A stretch of 64,000 bases of DNA. It comes from Gammaproteobacteria bacterium. Lineage in GTDB: Bacteria > Pseudomonadota > Gammaproteobacteria > Steroidobacterales > Woeseiaceae. How positions within the stretch are numbered: position 1 is the stretch's first letter; each line of letters opens with the position of its first letter. Under the pieces are notes generated by a model. That model searched no databases and was not told the origin of the DNA. It saw only the letters and a program-made list of their open reading frames with translations. Position numbers and translations under genes: made by a program. Below, in pieces: positions 31,426 to 44,382 of the stretch. Location: contig JAOUIH010000004.1 of NCBI GenBank assembly GCA_029884165.1, positions 21,011 through 85,010 on the forward strand. The letters are read 5' to 3'.

Positions 31426-33344
31426 ATGGGCAAGCATGTGAAACTATTACGTAACCTCGGACTCATCCTGATCGCCGCCGCGCTGGCCACGGCTTGCGCT
31501 TCGGCGGATTTCGCCGGCAGGACGGGCAGCCAGGCGGAACGTCGTGCCGAGAGCCTGGCCCGCCAGGGCCGTCACGAGGACGCTGCGGCGGCCTACATCG
31601 GGCTGGCGAGCGCGCGCGCCGGCGAGGAACGCGATCGCCTGACGCTGCTCGCCGTGGAGCAGTGGCTCGACGCGGGCGACGGGCGGCGCGCCCGCGGCGC
31701 ATTGAGCGAAGTCGCCCCGCCAGCCGCCGGAGACCTGCGCTGGCTATGGACGACCGACCGCGCGGCCATCGAGCTTTGGGAAGGCAAACCCGACAGCGCG
31801 CTGGCGCTGCTCGAACCGATGAGTGCAGAGGCCCTGCCCACCAGGCACCGGGCCAGGCTCGAGGCACTGAGGGCCGATGCATGGTTCCAGAAAGGCGATC
31901 CGCTCCGCGCTGTCGATCTGTACCTGCGTCGCGAACAGTGGCTCGACGACCCGGACGGCGTGACCGTGAACCGGCAACGCCTGTGGGCCGGTCTGTCGGT
32001 CAGCAGCCCGCAGGTTCTGCGCCAGGCCTCCGAGATTGCCGTCGACGAGCTGACGCGCGGCTGGTTGACCCTGGGTGCTCTCGCCACGTCGACGGGCCAG
32101 CAAGGCATCGGCTGGAGCAACGGCGTCCTGCGATGGCGGCAGGCGAACCCCGACCATCCGGCCATCGAAATCGTTGCCGGCCTCGAACTCCCGGACCGGG
32201 GACTCCGCGAGTACCCGCGCCAGATTGCGCTGCTCCTGCCGCTCAGCGGTCGCAACGCGACCGCCGGACGTGCGGTGCAGAACGGATTCTTCGGAGCCTA
32301 CTATTCCGCGGCCGTTGGCTTCGACGATGTGCAGCAGGTACGTGTCTACGACGTCGAAGAGGGAGGAGTGCGCGGAGCTTATTCAAAAGCGGTCGTCGAC
32401 GGAGCCGATTTTGTCGTCGGACCGCTGTTGCGCGACTCGGTAATAGCGCTCGCGGGCGAATCGCTGCTGCCGGTGCCGGTGCTGGCACTCAATTACCTGC
32501 CGGATAATGCATTCGTTCCGCCCGGCATGTACCAGTTCTCGCTCGCACCGGAAGACGAGGCGGTATCGGCGGCGACCAGGGCGGCCGCCGACGGCCACGC
32601 GCTCGGAGTCGCGCTCGTCCCGAATACGGACTGGGGCCGGCGCATGCTGACGAGTTTCGCGACGGAATTCGAGTCGCACGGTGGGACGCTGCTCGAATAC
32701 CGCAGCTACGAGCCGGACGCGCAGGATTTTTCGTTTGAGATCGAAAACCTGATGGGGCTTGCCGACAGCGTTCAGCGCTATCGTCGCCTTCGCGCCAATA
32801 TCGGCAGCCCGCTGCAGTTCGACCCACGCAGGCGCCAGGACGTGGACTTCATATTTCTCGCCGCGGCCGCGCCGGCCGGCCGGCTGCTGAAGTCGCAGCT
32901 CAAGTTCCATTACTCGGGCGACGTGCCCGTGTATTCGACGTCCCGGATCTACGGGATGGACGGCCGCTCCGACTCCGACCTGGACGGCGTAATGTTCGCC
33001 GACGTACCGTGGATCGTTGCGCCCGCGCCGTGGCAGGCCGAACTCGCAACACATTACGCCGAATACTGGCCGGCCCAGCGGCGCCTCGGCCGGCTGCACG
33101 CAATGGGCTACGATGCCTACCAACTCGCCAACGAACTGTTCGTCTCCCGTTCGGGAAGCATAGGCGAAATAGGTGGGGCGACGGGACAGCTGTACCTCGA
33201 TGAGACAGGCCGCGTGCACCGGCGCCTGGCGTGGGGCGTTTTCAAGGGAGGCAATCCGGCACCACTTCCGGCACCGGGTCGGTCGGACGAACTGGCCGTG
33301 CTCGATGAGCCGGAGGCCACGGGCACCAGCGATACAGATGCGGC

Positions 33345-33372
<28 letters not shown>
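31426..33372 (+). CDS. lpoA: Penicillin-binding protein activator LpoA (LppC family lipoprotein)
   Basis: Signal peptide with lipobox (LILIAAALATAC). It has TPR-like N-terminal and periplasmic-binding-like C-terminal regions and lies in the yraL/yraM/yraN/diaA arrangement. GTG 31438 is also a possible start. Confidence 0.85.
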
Positions 33373-34333
<961 letters not shown>

Positions 34334-34347
34334 CGGCGAGTGTTTGT

Positions 34348-34749
34348 CTACTTGACGACGCGAAGGTGTGAGCGCCCGCCCCGCGTAGACTCCATGTCGT
34401 CGGTCGGGTCCGAGGGATCCGGGGAATCCTCGCCATGCGAAAAGATCATTCCCTGCCCGGTCTCCTTGGCGTAAATCCCGAGCACTGCCGCGATCGGCAC
34501 CCACACGTCGAAAGCTACACCGCTGAATCGGGCACGAAAGCTAATGGCGGTATTGCCGAGCTTGAGATTATGAGCGGCAGTATGACTGATATTCAGCACG
34601 ATCTTGCCGTCCTTGACGTGCTCACCCGGGACGGTGACACCTTCGACGGCCGCATCGACGACGACGTACGGCGTGAAACCGCTGTCGCCCATCCACTCGT
34701 GCATCGCGCGGATCAGGTACGGGCGTTTTGAGCGACTGCTGCTGGTCAC
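34348..34749 (-). CDS. sspB: ClpXP adaptor SspB
   Basis: Motif RPYLIRAMHEWM and a C-terminal ClpX-binding tail ending in LRVVK. GTG 34749 gives an E. coli-like N-terminus; the track start at 34806 is TTG. Confidence 0.85.
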   Translation of the reverse strand: MTSSSRSKRPYLIRAMHEWMGDSGFTPYVVVDAAVEGVTVPGEHVKDGKIVLNISHTAAHNLKLGNTAISFRARFSGVAFDVWVPIAAVLGIYAKETGQGMIFSHGEDSPDPSDPTDDMESTRGGRSHLRVVK

Positions 34750-34869
34750 GTGATACTCGGAACTCGATTTCCCGTTATCCTGAAATAAACCGGCACCGAT
34801 AATCAAGCCGATAGTAAAACAGGCCCGGTGCGTGCGGCAGGCAGGAGCCCGCCCCGGGGGGAAACTGCG

Positions 34870-35499
34870 TCAGAGCCGCATTTCCTGCTCTAGTTCGGTC
34901 AGGCTTTCCTGGAACGAAGGGCGGTCGAAGACGCGCTTCATGTAGCGCTCGATCGGCTTGGCCTGCGATCCGAGTTCGATACCGTATGCCGGAAGACGCC
35001 AGAGCACTGGCGCAATCGTGCAATCGACGAGAGAGAAATCGTCGCTGAGAAAATAGCGGCCCGCATCGAAAAGCTCGGCCGAAGCGAGGATACTTTCACG
35101 CAGCATCTTCTTCGGCTTGGCGGCCAGCCGCCGCTCACCATCGCTTTCGAACTGCTCTGCGAGTGAATACCAGTCCGTCTCGATCCGGAACAATGCCAGC
35201 CGGAACTGGGCACGGGTCACCGGGTCGACCGGCATAAGCGGCGGATGAGGAAAGCGCTCATCGAGGTACTCGATGATTACTCTCGAGTCGTACAACACAA
35301 GATCGCGGTCAACCAGTGTCGGCACTGAATGATAGGGGTTCAGGTCCATCAGATCTTCGGGCAGATCCGGGCCATCCACATTCACGATGTCGATATTGAT
35401 ATTTTTCTCAGCCAGTACGAGGCGGGTTCGGTGGCTGTGAATACATGTCGGGCGCGAATAAAGTGTCATAACGGATCGTCGGTTGGCAATTACTGCCAT
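34870..35499 (-). CDS. sspA: Stringent starvation protein A
   Basis: N-terminus MAVIANRRSVMTLYS, nearly identical to the E. coli SspA N-terminus. GST fold, 209 aa. Confidence 0.93.
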   Translation of the reverse strand: MAVIANRRSVMTLYSRPTCIHSHRTRLVLAEKNINIDIVNVDGPDLPEDLMDLNPYHSVPTLVDRDLVLYDSRVIIEYLDERFPHPPLMPVDPVTRAQFRLALFRIETDWYSLAEQFESDGERRLAAKPKKMLRESILASAELFDAGRYFLSDDFSLVDCTIAPVLWRLPAYGIELGSQAKPIERYMKRVFDRPSFQESLTELEQEMRL

Positions 35500-35560
35500 T
35501 ATGCAGTCCTCTTGGACATAAGCTGGAACGTGGCGGCAACTGCCTGCGCAGGTTGCTGCG

Positions 35561-36316
35561 CTACTTCGGTACGTCCTTCCAGATCTGCTTCTTCAGCATA
35601 GATGCAACGATAAAGAAGAAACCGAGAAATATCAGGACCCAAACACCGAGCACACGCCGCGTGGCTCGAATCGGCTCGCTGATGTATTCGAGAAAATTAA
35701 CGGTATCACGCACGAATTCATCGAACTGCTCCGGCGACATACTGCCCGAGCTGACCGGTTCGAAGCGCTCGAATACCATCGGCCGAAGCCCTTCCTGGTT
35801 CGGCTCACCTTCGACGAACACCGCGGCCTGGAAACCCTGCAGCTCCCATAGCGCGTGCGGCATGCTGGTGCCGCCGAGGTAAAGGTTGTCGACACCGGTC
35901 GGGCTGTCGGGATCTATGTAGAACCCCTTCAGGAAACTGAACACGTAGTCCGTTCCCTTTGCGCGTGCCATCAGTGACAGGTCAGGCGGCGTTCGGCCGA
36001 ACCAGCGAGCGGCATCATCCGCAGGCATGTTCACCGTGATCGTCTCGAAGGTCTTTTCCGCATTGAACATCAGGTTGGCAATCACCTGGTCTTCCGGAAT
36101 TTCGAGGTCTCTCGCAATGCTGTTGAAACGAACGTACTGGGCCGAGTGGCAGCCCGAGCAGTAGTTCATGTAGTTGCGTGCACCGCGCTGCAATGACTGC
36201 TTGTTATCGGGGTCATTATTCGCCTTGTGCAAATCCAGCGCAGAACCCGCGGCCAGAACCTGGCCGCCCAGCAACAGCGTCGCAGCGATCGTCGAGGTTT
36301 TGAGTATCTTAACCAT
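35561..36316 (-). CDS. petC: Cytochrome c1 of the bc1 complex
   Basis: Signal peptide, heme motif CSGCHS, a C-terminal TM anchor, and its position downstream of cytochrome b. Confidence 0.9.
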   Translation of the reverse strand: MVKILKTSTIAATLLLGGQVLAAGSALDLHKANNDPDNKQSLQRGARNYMNYCSGCHSAQYVRFNSIARDLEIPEDQVIANLMFNAEKTFETITVNMPADDAARWFGRTPPDLSLMARAKGTDYVFSFLKGFYIDPDSPTGVDNLYLGGTSMPHALWELQGFQAAVFVEGEPNQEGLRPMVFERFEPVSSGSMSPEQFDEFVRDTVNFLEYISEPIRATRRVLGVWVLIFLGFFFIVASMLKKQIWKDVPK

Positions 36317-37559
36317 GGTATACCACCCTGTCCGGCACCGGCTTCGTCTTGTCGATGGTCGTGTAATACGGCATCAATATGAAGAACAGGAAATAGATGA
36401 CGGAGCAGACACGGGCCATCTGCACGTAAAGCCCCTCGGCAGGCTGCAGGCCGAGCCAGCCGAGCACGATAAAGCTTAATGCGAACAGTCCCAGGGCGAC
36501 CTTGTAGATCCAGCCGCGATACCGGATCGATTTCACGCGAGAGCGGTCGAGCCATGGCAGGAACAACGGCAGCAGCACGGCGCCTGCCATCAGGATAGCT
36601 CCCCACAGCTTGTCGGGGACAGCGCGGAGGATTGCGTAATACGGCGTGAAATACCAGACTGGGGCAATGTGCTCCGGAGTCGCGGTCAAGTTTGCCGGCT
36701 CGAAGTTTGCATGCTCCAGGAAGTAGCCACCCATGTCGGGAGAGAAGAACATGACGGCCGAAAACACCATCATGAACACGACGATCCCGACCAGGTCCTT
36801 GGATGTGTGGTACGGATGAAAGGCGATTCCGTCCAGTGGTTTGCCGTCGGGTCCCTTGTGCTCCTTGATTTCTACTCCATCGGGATTATTCGACCCGACC
36901 TCGTGGAGGGCAACGATGTGCACGAATACCAGCGCGATGAGCGCAAGCGGCAATGCAATCACGTGCAACGCGAAGAAGCGGTTCAGCGTGATATCAGAAA
37001 TTGAGTAGTCCCCGCGGATGATCTCGACCAGCGCCTCACCGACGAATGGAATAGCGCCGAACAGCGAGATAATCACCTGGGCGCCCCAGTAGGACATGTT
37101 GCCCCAGGGCAGCAGGTAACCCGCAAAGGCTTCCGCCATCAGCACGAAGAAGATCAGCATGCCGATGATCCAGATGAGCTCGCGCGGTTTCTTGTAGGAA
37201 CCGTACAGCATCGCCCGGAACATGTGCAGGTACACGACAATGAAGAAGAAGGATGCGCCGGTCGAATGCATATACCGAATCAGCCAGCCCCATTCGACGT
37301 CGCGCATAATGTATTCGACGGATGCAAACGCGTCCTCGGCCGACGGCTTGTAGTTCATCGTCAGGAAGATCCCGGTTACGAGCTGGATGACCAGCACGAC
37401 CATCGCCAGGACGCCGAATATGTACCACCAGTTGAAATTCTTGGACGCGTAGTATTCGGTGGCGTGATAGCGCATCGTTTCCGTGAACGGGAAACGATCG
37501 TCGATCCACTTCATGAAGCCGCCCTGCGGCTTGCCGATTTCTGACTCGATGCGTGCCAT
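36309..37559 (-). CDS. petB: Cytochrome b of the bc1 complex
   Basis: 416 aa from ATG 37559 (TAATG overlap with the petA stop). It has a typical cytochrome b sequence (WWYIFGVLA..., paired His residues in the helices). Confidence 0.95.
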   Translation of the reverse strand: MARIESEIGKPQGGFMKWIDDRFPFTETMRYHATEYYASKNFNWWYIFGVLAMVVLVIQLVTGIFLTMNYKPSAEDAFASVEYIMRDVEWGWLIRYMHSTGASFFFIVVYLHMFRAMLYGSYKKPRELIWIIGMLIFFVLMAEAFAGYLLPWGNMSYWGAQVIISLFGAIPFVGEALVEIIRGDYSISDITLNRFFALHVIALPLALIALVFVHIVALHEVGSNNPDGVEIKEHKGPDGKPLDGIAFHPYHTSKDLVGIVVFMMVFSAVMFFSPDMGGYFLEHANFEPANLTATPEHIAPVWYFTPYYAILRAVPDKLWGAILMAGAVLLPLFLPWLDRSRVKSIRYRGWIYKVALGLFALSFIVLGWLGLQPAEGLYVQMARVCSVIYFLFFILMPYYTTIDKTKPVPDRVVYHG

Positions 37560-38146
37560 TACGCTCCTCCCGACTCGGCGCCGATCATGATCACATCGTC
37601 CTGTATGTACCTGTACGGCGGCACGCGCAGGTTCGTCGGGGCAGGGACCCCCTTGTACACGCGCCCGGCCAGGTCGAAGCGGGATCCGTGACAGGGACAG
37701 AAGAAACCGCCGAACCAGTCCTCCGCCGGACCAACCTCGAATTGGGCAAGCGGCGCACAACCGAGGTGCGTGCAGGAACCCTCGACCACCAGGTATTCCG
37801 GCTTGACCGAGCGATACTCGTTCGCGGCATATTCCGGCTGCATACCCACTTCCTCGGAATTGGGATCACGGAGGAAATCGACGGCCTTGCCCAGACGGTC
37901 GAGCATCTCCTGGCTGCGGCGAACGACAAACACCAGTTTGCCGCGCCAGAGCACGCGCACCATCTCGCCCGGCTCCAGCGTGCCGAGCGGAACCTCGACA
38001 GGTGCCCCGAGGGCCTGCGCCCTGGCGCTGGGCTTCAGCGACGACAGGAAGGGAATGGCAGCCAGTGCGATCCCGGCTCCGCCGGTAACGGCCGTTGCGA
38101 TGGTCAGGAAATGGCGTCTGTTGCGGTCAACGTCAGCTTCGGACAT
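37559..38146 (-). CDS. petA: Rieske iron-sulfur subunit of the bc1 complex
   Basis: 2Fe-2S boxes CTHLGC and CPCHGS and a Tat-like RRHFL. ATG 38146 is preceded by GGAG; the track start at 38158 is TTG. Confidence 0.93.
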   Translation of the reverse strand: MSEADVDRNRRHFLTIATAVTGGAGIALAAIPFLSSLKPSARAQALGAPVEVPLGTLEPGEMVRVLWRGKLVFVVRRSQEMLDRLGKAVDFLRDPNSEEVGMQPEYAANEYRSVKPEYLVVEGSCTHLGCAPLAQFEVGPAEDWFGGFFCPCHGSRFDLAGRVYKGVPAPTNLRVPPYRYIQDDVIMIGAESGGA

Positions 38147-38508
38147 TTTGCACTCCAATACACCGCCACGAGCGGGCTGTGATCAGCTTTGTCAGATTTC
38201 TCTCGCGAGTCGCTGTTCCGGGCCGAGAACGAAGTTACGGCCGCTAAACCGGATTTTCGGCGCTGCGCTTGTCGCTCGAGAGTTTCCTGATCAGTGCTGG
38301 CTCAACTTCTCGTAAGGACGGTTTTTTGCTTTCTTCGAAAACTGGTAGATTTGCAACAGCCCCGGCCTGGTTTCTGGAGGACCGCGCGGGACTTGGTGCG
38401 GAACCAGCGAGGCATTATACACAGTGCCTCTTAATATTGGCTAGGCAGAGGAAGACCCGGGCGGCGGCGTATCCCGCTACCCGTAACCGGATCAGACAGG
38501 GACCGCGG

Positions 38509-39585
38509 GTGGCTGGATTCAAGCAGGTATTTCTCTTTTTGCTGCAATCCGTGGTGTTCGGGCTCGCGGCGGCGTTTGTCGTCGTCCTGCTGCGGCCGGA
38601 ACTCCTTCCGGTGCTGGATCCCGGCGCTGCCCCTCCCCTGTCGCCGGCCAGCTACGCGGACGCCGTCGATCGGAGTGCGCCGGCGGTCGCGAGCGTCTAT
38701 ACACGGCGGCTCGCCCAGTCGAACGATGGCGGCAACCCCGGCGAACGGTTCCAGCTGAATACCAGCCTGGGCTCGGCCGTGGTCATCGATTCCGAGGGAT
38801 ACCTCGTTACGAACTACCATGTAATAGCTGACGCAGCCGAAATCCGCCTGCAGCTAGCCGACGGCAGGATCGCGGAACCGACGGTCGTCGGATTCGATGC
38901 CGAGACCGACCTGGCCCTGCTCAAGGTGGACATGGGCGCCCTGCCGGCGGTCCCGCTCGGCCGGTCCGACCAGCTGCGCATCGGCGACGTCGTGCTTGCC
39001 ATCGGCAGCCCGTACGGGCTCACCCGTACCGTGACCCAGGGCATCGTCAGTGCAACCGGGCGCGGTCTGCTGCAATTGATGACCTTTGAGAACTTCATAC
39101 AGACGGACGCGGCCATCAACGAGGGCAATTCGGGCGGGGCGCTGGTCAACAGCCTCGGTCAGCTGGTCGGGATCAATACGGCGGTCCTCGCACAGGACGC
39201 GGGTACCGAAGGCATCAGCTTTGCGATCCCGGTCGACCTCGTCCGCGGCGTCGTCGACGCGATCAAACGCGACGGGCGGGTCATTCGTGGCTGGGTCGGC
39301 CTCGAGCCCGAGGAGCTTACGTCGGCGGAGTCCGAGGGACTGGGCCTCGAACCGGACCTCGGCATCGTATTGAACCGGGTGATCGACGGCGGGCCGGCAG
39401 CCGATGCCGGCCTGCGGCGCGGCGACGTGATCCTGTCGATAAACGGCGAAGCGATTCGTACCCGGCAGCAGGCCCTGCTGCTGGTCGCGGGCCTCGAACC
39501 GGGCCAGGAGGTCGAAATCGGCGGCTGGAGAGACGGGCAGCGCTTCCGCGCGACGCTGACCGTCGCGGAGCGGCCCGGCCGCTAA
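38509..39585 (+). CDS. degS: DegS/AlgW-type membrane-anchored serine protease (trypsin domain + one PDZ)
   Basis: N-terminal TM helix. The catalytic triad context is TNYHV, DLALLKV and GNSGGAL, followed by a single PDZ domain. GTG 38509 is preceded by AGGGA. Confidence 0.85.
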   Translation: MAGFKQVFLFLLQSVVFGLAAAFVVVLLRPELLPVLDPGAAPPLSPASYADAVDRSAPAVASVYTRRLAQSNDGGNPGERFQLNTSLGSAVVIDSEGYLVTNYHVIADAAEIRLQLADGRIAEPTVVGFDAETDLALLKVDMGALPAVPLGRSDQLRIGDVVLAIGSPYGLTRTVTQGIVSATGRGLLQLMTFENFIQTDAAINEGNSGGALVNSLGQLVGINTAVLAQDAGTEGISFAIPVDLVRGVVDAIKRDGRVIRGWVGLEPEELTSAESEGLGLEPDLGIVLNRVIDGGPAADAGLRRGDVILSINGEAIRTRQQALLLVAGLEPGQEVEIGGWRDGQRFRATLTVAERPGR

Positions 39586-39591
39586 CGCCCG

Positions 39592-39615
39592 CCGGCTGCC
39601 GGCGCGTGCAGCCGG
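39592..39615. terminator. Hairpin between convergent degS and murA (CCGGCTGC-8 nt-GCAGCCGG)
   Basis: 8-bp stem read directly in the 31-nt convergent spacer. There is no clear U-tract. Confidence 0.4.
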
Positions 39616-39616
39616 G

Positions 39617-41147
<1,531 letters not shown>

Positions 41148-41185
41148 AGGGTCGGTAGCGGATTGCGGCGCAGTGTAACAAAAAC

Positions 41186-41225
41186 AGCCGGAAGTCCAAC
41201 GCGACTCCGGCTTTGTGTATTATTG
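41186..41225. terminator. Bidirectional terminator-like hairpin in the divergent ibaG/yrbG spacer
   Basis: The sequence reads AAAAAC-AGCCGGA(A)GTC-caacgc-GACTCCGGCT-TTGTGTATTATT. It is a 10-bp stem with one bulge, an A-tract on the left and a T-tract on the right. Confidence 0.45.
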
Positions 41226-41300
41226 GCAGCCCGCCCGGGCCCGGCGCTTCTGGCCGGCCGTCGCGGGACTCCGATCAGCCGAGCGAAGCGCAATAATTCT

Positions 41301-42266
41301 ATGTTGGGCAATCTATTCGAGGTCATTGCCGGCCTGTTCCTCTTGGTATGGGGCGCGGACAGGTTCGTGCACGGTGCCGCGGCGCTGGCCAGGAACCTCG
41401 GCGTGACGCCGATCCTGATCGGTCTGACTGTCGTTGCATTTTCGACTTCGGCACCGGAGGTCCTCGTGTCGGTGGTCGCTGCGCTGCGCGACGAGCCCGA
41501 CCTGGCCGTCGGCAATGCGATCGGTTCCAATATCGCCAACATCGGCCTGGTCCTCGGCGGCATCGCCCTGATCCGCCCGATCGAGCTGACCTCGGCCACG
41601 CTGCGGCGCGAGATGCCGGCGTTGCTGGCGGTGACCCTCCTGACCGTGTCACTGTTTCTCGATACCTACCTGAGCCGCGTCGACGGCCTGGTGCTCCTGA
41701 CCGGCCTCATCATCGTGATGGTCTGGCTGACGAGACTCGGCCTCCGATCGTCGACCGCCGACCCGATGCAGGCAGACTACGATGCCGAAATTCCCAAGCA
41801 CGTCAAGACACGGTCAGCGGTCGTCTGGCTCGTGCTGGGCCTCGCGATGCTGCTCGGCGGCGCAGAACTACTTGTCGACGGTGCGATCGAGATCGCGCGC
41901 GACCTCGGCGTCACCGAGATAGTCATAGGCATTACGCTGGTGGCGCTCGGCACCAGCGTTCCCGAACTGGCCGTCTCCATGGTCAGCGCCATTCGCGGCG
42001 AGTATGGCCTGGCGATCGGTAATATCGTGGGCTCGAACATCTTCAACCTGCTGGCAGTCGTCGGCATCGCGACGGTCATCCAGCCCGCCGCACTCGCCCC
42101 CAGCGTCCTGTCCCTGCACATCTTCGTGATGGTCGCCTTCACCCTCGTGCTGTTCGCGATGACCTACGAATACGACGGCAAAGGAAGGATCAACCGGCTG
42201 GAGGGCGCTTCGCTGCTGGTTGCCTTCCTGTCCTATTTCAGCTACGTCATCATCCGAAACGTATAA
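41301..42266 (+). CDS. yrbG: CaCA-family Na+/Ca2+ antiporter-like protein YrbG
   Basis: Two alpha-repeats (GNAIGSNIANIGLVLG and GNIVGSNIFNLLAVVG), 321 aa from ATG 41301. The track ORF extension runs antisense across ibaG and murA. Confidence 0.85.
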   Translation: MLGNLFEVIAGLFLLVWGADRFVHGAAALARNLGVTPILIGLTVVAFSTSAPEVLVSVVAALRDEPDLAVGNAIGSNIANIGLVLGGIALIRPIELTSATLRREMPALLAVTLLTVSLFLDTYLSRVDGLVLLTGLIIVMVWLTRLGLRSSTADPMQADYDAEIPKHVKTRSAVVWLVLGLAMLLGGAELLVDGAIEIARDLGVTEIVIGITLVALGTSVPELAVSMVSAIRGEYGLAIGNIVGSNIFNLLAVVGIATVIQPAALAPSVLSLHIFVMVAFTLVLFAMTYEYDGKGRINRLEGASLLVAFLSYFSYVIIRNV

Positions 42267-42298
42267 ACTGGCGGCAGGCCGGTCATTTCGGAGTCGCT

Positions 42299-43282
42299 GT
42301 GCCAAAAGCGCTGTCCCAGCAGGAACTGGTCGCCCTCGCCCGGCGGGTGCTCGACATCGAGTCGCGCGCAGTCAGTCGCCTGGGGCAACGCCTGGGCGGG
42401 TCTTTCGCCGCGGCCTGCCATTTGTGCCTCGAAACCACCGGGCGGGTCGTTGTCACGGGCATGGGCAAGTCCGGCCACGTCGGCGGCAAGATAGCAGCCA
42501 CGCTTGCGAGCACGGGCACGCCGGCGTTTTTCGTTCACCCTGCGGAAGCCAGCCACGGCGACCTCGGCATGATTACGGCCCAGGACGTTCTGCTCGCCGT
42601 CTCGTACTCCGGGGAAACGGAGGAAGTCGTCATCATCCTGCCGCTCATCAAGCGTATGGGCGCAAAGATGATTTCGATGACGGGCAGGCCGCAATCGACG
42701 CTCGCGCGAACAGCCGACGTTCATCTGGATGTCAGCGTCGACGAGGAAGCCTGCCCGTTGAACCTGGCCCCGACCGCCAGCACGACTGCGACGCTCGCGA
42801 TGGGTGACGCGCTCGCAGTCGCACTGCTCGAGCTGCGCGGCTTTACTGCCGAGGACTTCGCACTGTCCCATCCCAGCGGCACTCTCGGAAAGCGCCTGCT
42901 GCTGCGGGTCGGCGACGTGATGCACACGGGCGACGAGGTCCCGGCCGTCAAGCCTGAAACGCGGTTGAGCCAGGGACTGGTCGAGATGTCACAAAAGGGA
43001 CTCGGCATGACGGCTGTCGTCGATGACAAGCGGCGGCTGCTCGGAATTTTCACGGACGGTGACCTGCGGCGGGCATTGGACGCGGGCGTCGACGTGCACA
43101 AGACGCTAATGAAGGACATCATGCACGTGGACTGCAAGGCCGCGACCGCCGATATCCTCGCTGCGGAAGCCGTACACCTGCTGGAGGAACACAAGATTAC
43201 CGGCCTACTGATCGTCGACCACGAACGGCGGCTGGTGGGCGCGCTCAATGTTCACGATCTGTTCAGGGCAGGTGTCATGTGA
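42299..43282 (+). CDS. kdsD: Arabinose-5-phosphate isomerase
   Basis: SIS domain (VVTGMGKSGHVG) plus tandem CBS domains. GTG start after GGAG. It lies before kdsC. Confidence 0.92.
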   Translation: MPKALSQQELVALARRVLDIESRAVSRLGQRLGGSFAAACHLCLETTGRVVVTGMGKSGHVGGKIAATLASTGTPAFFVHPAEASHGDLGMITAQDVLLAVSYSGETEEVVIILPLIKRMGAKMISMTGRPQSTLARTADVHLDVSVDEEACPLNLAPTASTTATLAMGDALAVALLELRGFTAEDFALSHPSGTLGKRLLLRVGDVMHTGDEVPAVKPETRLSQGLVEMSQKGLGMTAVVDDKRRLLGIFTDGDLRRALDAGVDVHKTLMKDIMHVDCKAATADILAAEAVHLLEEHKITGLLIVDHERRLVGALNVHDLFRAGVM

Positions 43283-43797
43283 GTGACGGCGATCTCGACC
43301 AACGGCTCAGCAGAATCCGGCTCGTCGCGTTCGACGTCGACGGCGTATTCACCGATGGACGTTTTTACCTGTCGGATGACGGCATCGAGACGAAGGCCTT
43401 CCACACGCAGGATGGCTACGGAATACGCATGCTCCTGGCGGCTGGAATCCAGGTCGCCGTCATTAGCGGCCGCCGCTCCGGTGCCGTCGAGAAGAGAATG
43501 GCGGAACTCGGCGTCTCCCACGTGTTCCTGGGTTGCGACGACAAGATCGAGGCCTTCGAGACCCTGCTCAGGGACCTGAACATCCCCGGCGCGCTCAGCG
43601 CCTATGCCGGGGACGACGTGCCCGATATTCCGCTGCTGCGGCGGGCCGGCATATCGATAGCCGTCGCAAACGCACATGTCGAAGTGCAGGATATGTGTGA
43701 TTTTACGACCACGCACTCCGGCGGACTCGGTGCAGTGCGCGAAATCTGCGATCTTGTGCTCGCGGCCCGGGAGAACATCGAGGAGCCGCTCGAATGA
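43279..43797 (+). CDS. kdsC: KDO-8-phosphate phosphatase
   Basis: HAD motif FDVDGVFTDG, 172 aa. The start overlaps the kdsD stop. Confidence 0.9.
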   Translation: MSDGDLDQRLSRIRLVAFDVDGVFTDGRFYLSDDGIETKAFHTQDGYGIRMLLAAGIQVAVISGRRSGAVEKRMAELGVSHVFLGCDDKIEAFETLLRDLNIPGALSAYAGDDVPDIPLLRRAGISIAVANAHVEVQDMCDFTTTHSGGLGAVREICDLVLAARENIEEPLE

Positions 43798-44375
43798 CGC
43801 CGAAAGGCCTGGCCGGGTTTGCGCTCCTGATCGGCGCGGCTGCCGGTAGCTGGTACCTGTCGTCCTCGCTGGAACGCGACGACGACGAGAAGATCGCCTC
43901 GCCTGCCCTGCAGAGCGGGTTCTACCTGCGCTCGGCCCGTATCCTCGGAACGGACGACGAAGGTGACCTGCTGTACGAGATCCGAGCCGAGTATGCCGAG
44001 CAAATAGGTGAGAACCGCGTCGAATTTCAAAATGTCGAAATCCACTACACTCCAGAATCGGAAATACCTTGGACTGTCAATGCTGAGAGCGCTGTAGTAA
44101 CCGGGAACCAGGAGATACTGTTCCTCGAGGGGGACGTTGTCGCACGGAGCAACGAGGGATTCGCGGGCGAGGCGACGGAGATCCGTACGGAGACGCTCGA
44201 GCTTATGCCCGAGCAATACCGGGCTGAAACAGAGGACCGTGTCGAGATTCGCGTCGGCGACGGGAGCCTGACCGCAACCGGCATGCTAGCATTACTGCGG
44301 GAAAACCAGCTGCAGCTCAAATCGCATGTCAGTGGAAAATTCGTGCCGCGAACCACGCCGGAGCCCGGTGACTGA
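43794..44375 (+). CDS. lptC: LPS export protein LptC
   Basis: N-terminal TM anchor, beta-jellyroll-sized body, ATGA overlap with kdsC, and its position before lptA/lptB. Confidence 0.8.
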   Translation: MTPKGLAGFALLIGAAAGSWYLSSSLERDDDEKIASPALQSGFYLRSARILGTDDEGDLLYEIRAEYAEQIGENRVEFQNVEIHYTPESEIPWTVNAESAVVTGNQEILFLEGDVVARSNEGFAGEATEIRTETLELMPEQYRAETEDRVEIRVGDGSLTATGMLALLRENQLQLKSHVSGKFVPRTTPEPGD

Positions 44376-44382
44376 GCCGACG

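Noticed and set aside
38342-38356. Sigma-54 promoter-like string CTGGTAGATTTGCAA in the petA/degS spacer
   Set aside because: GG and GC are separated by 7 nt rather than the 10 nt required by the -24/-12 consensus.
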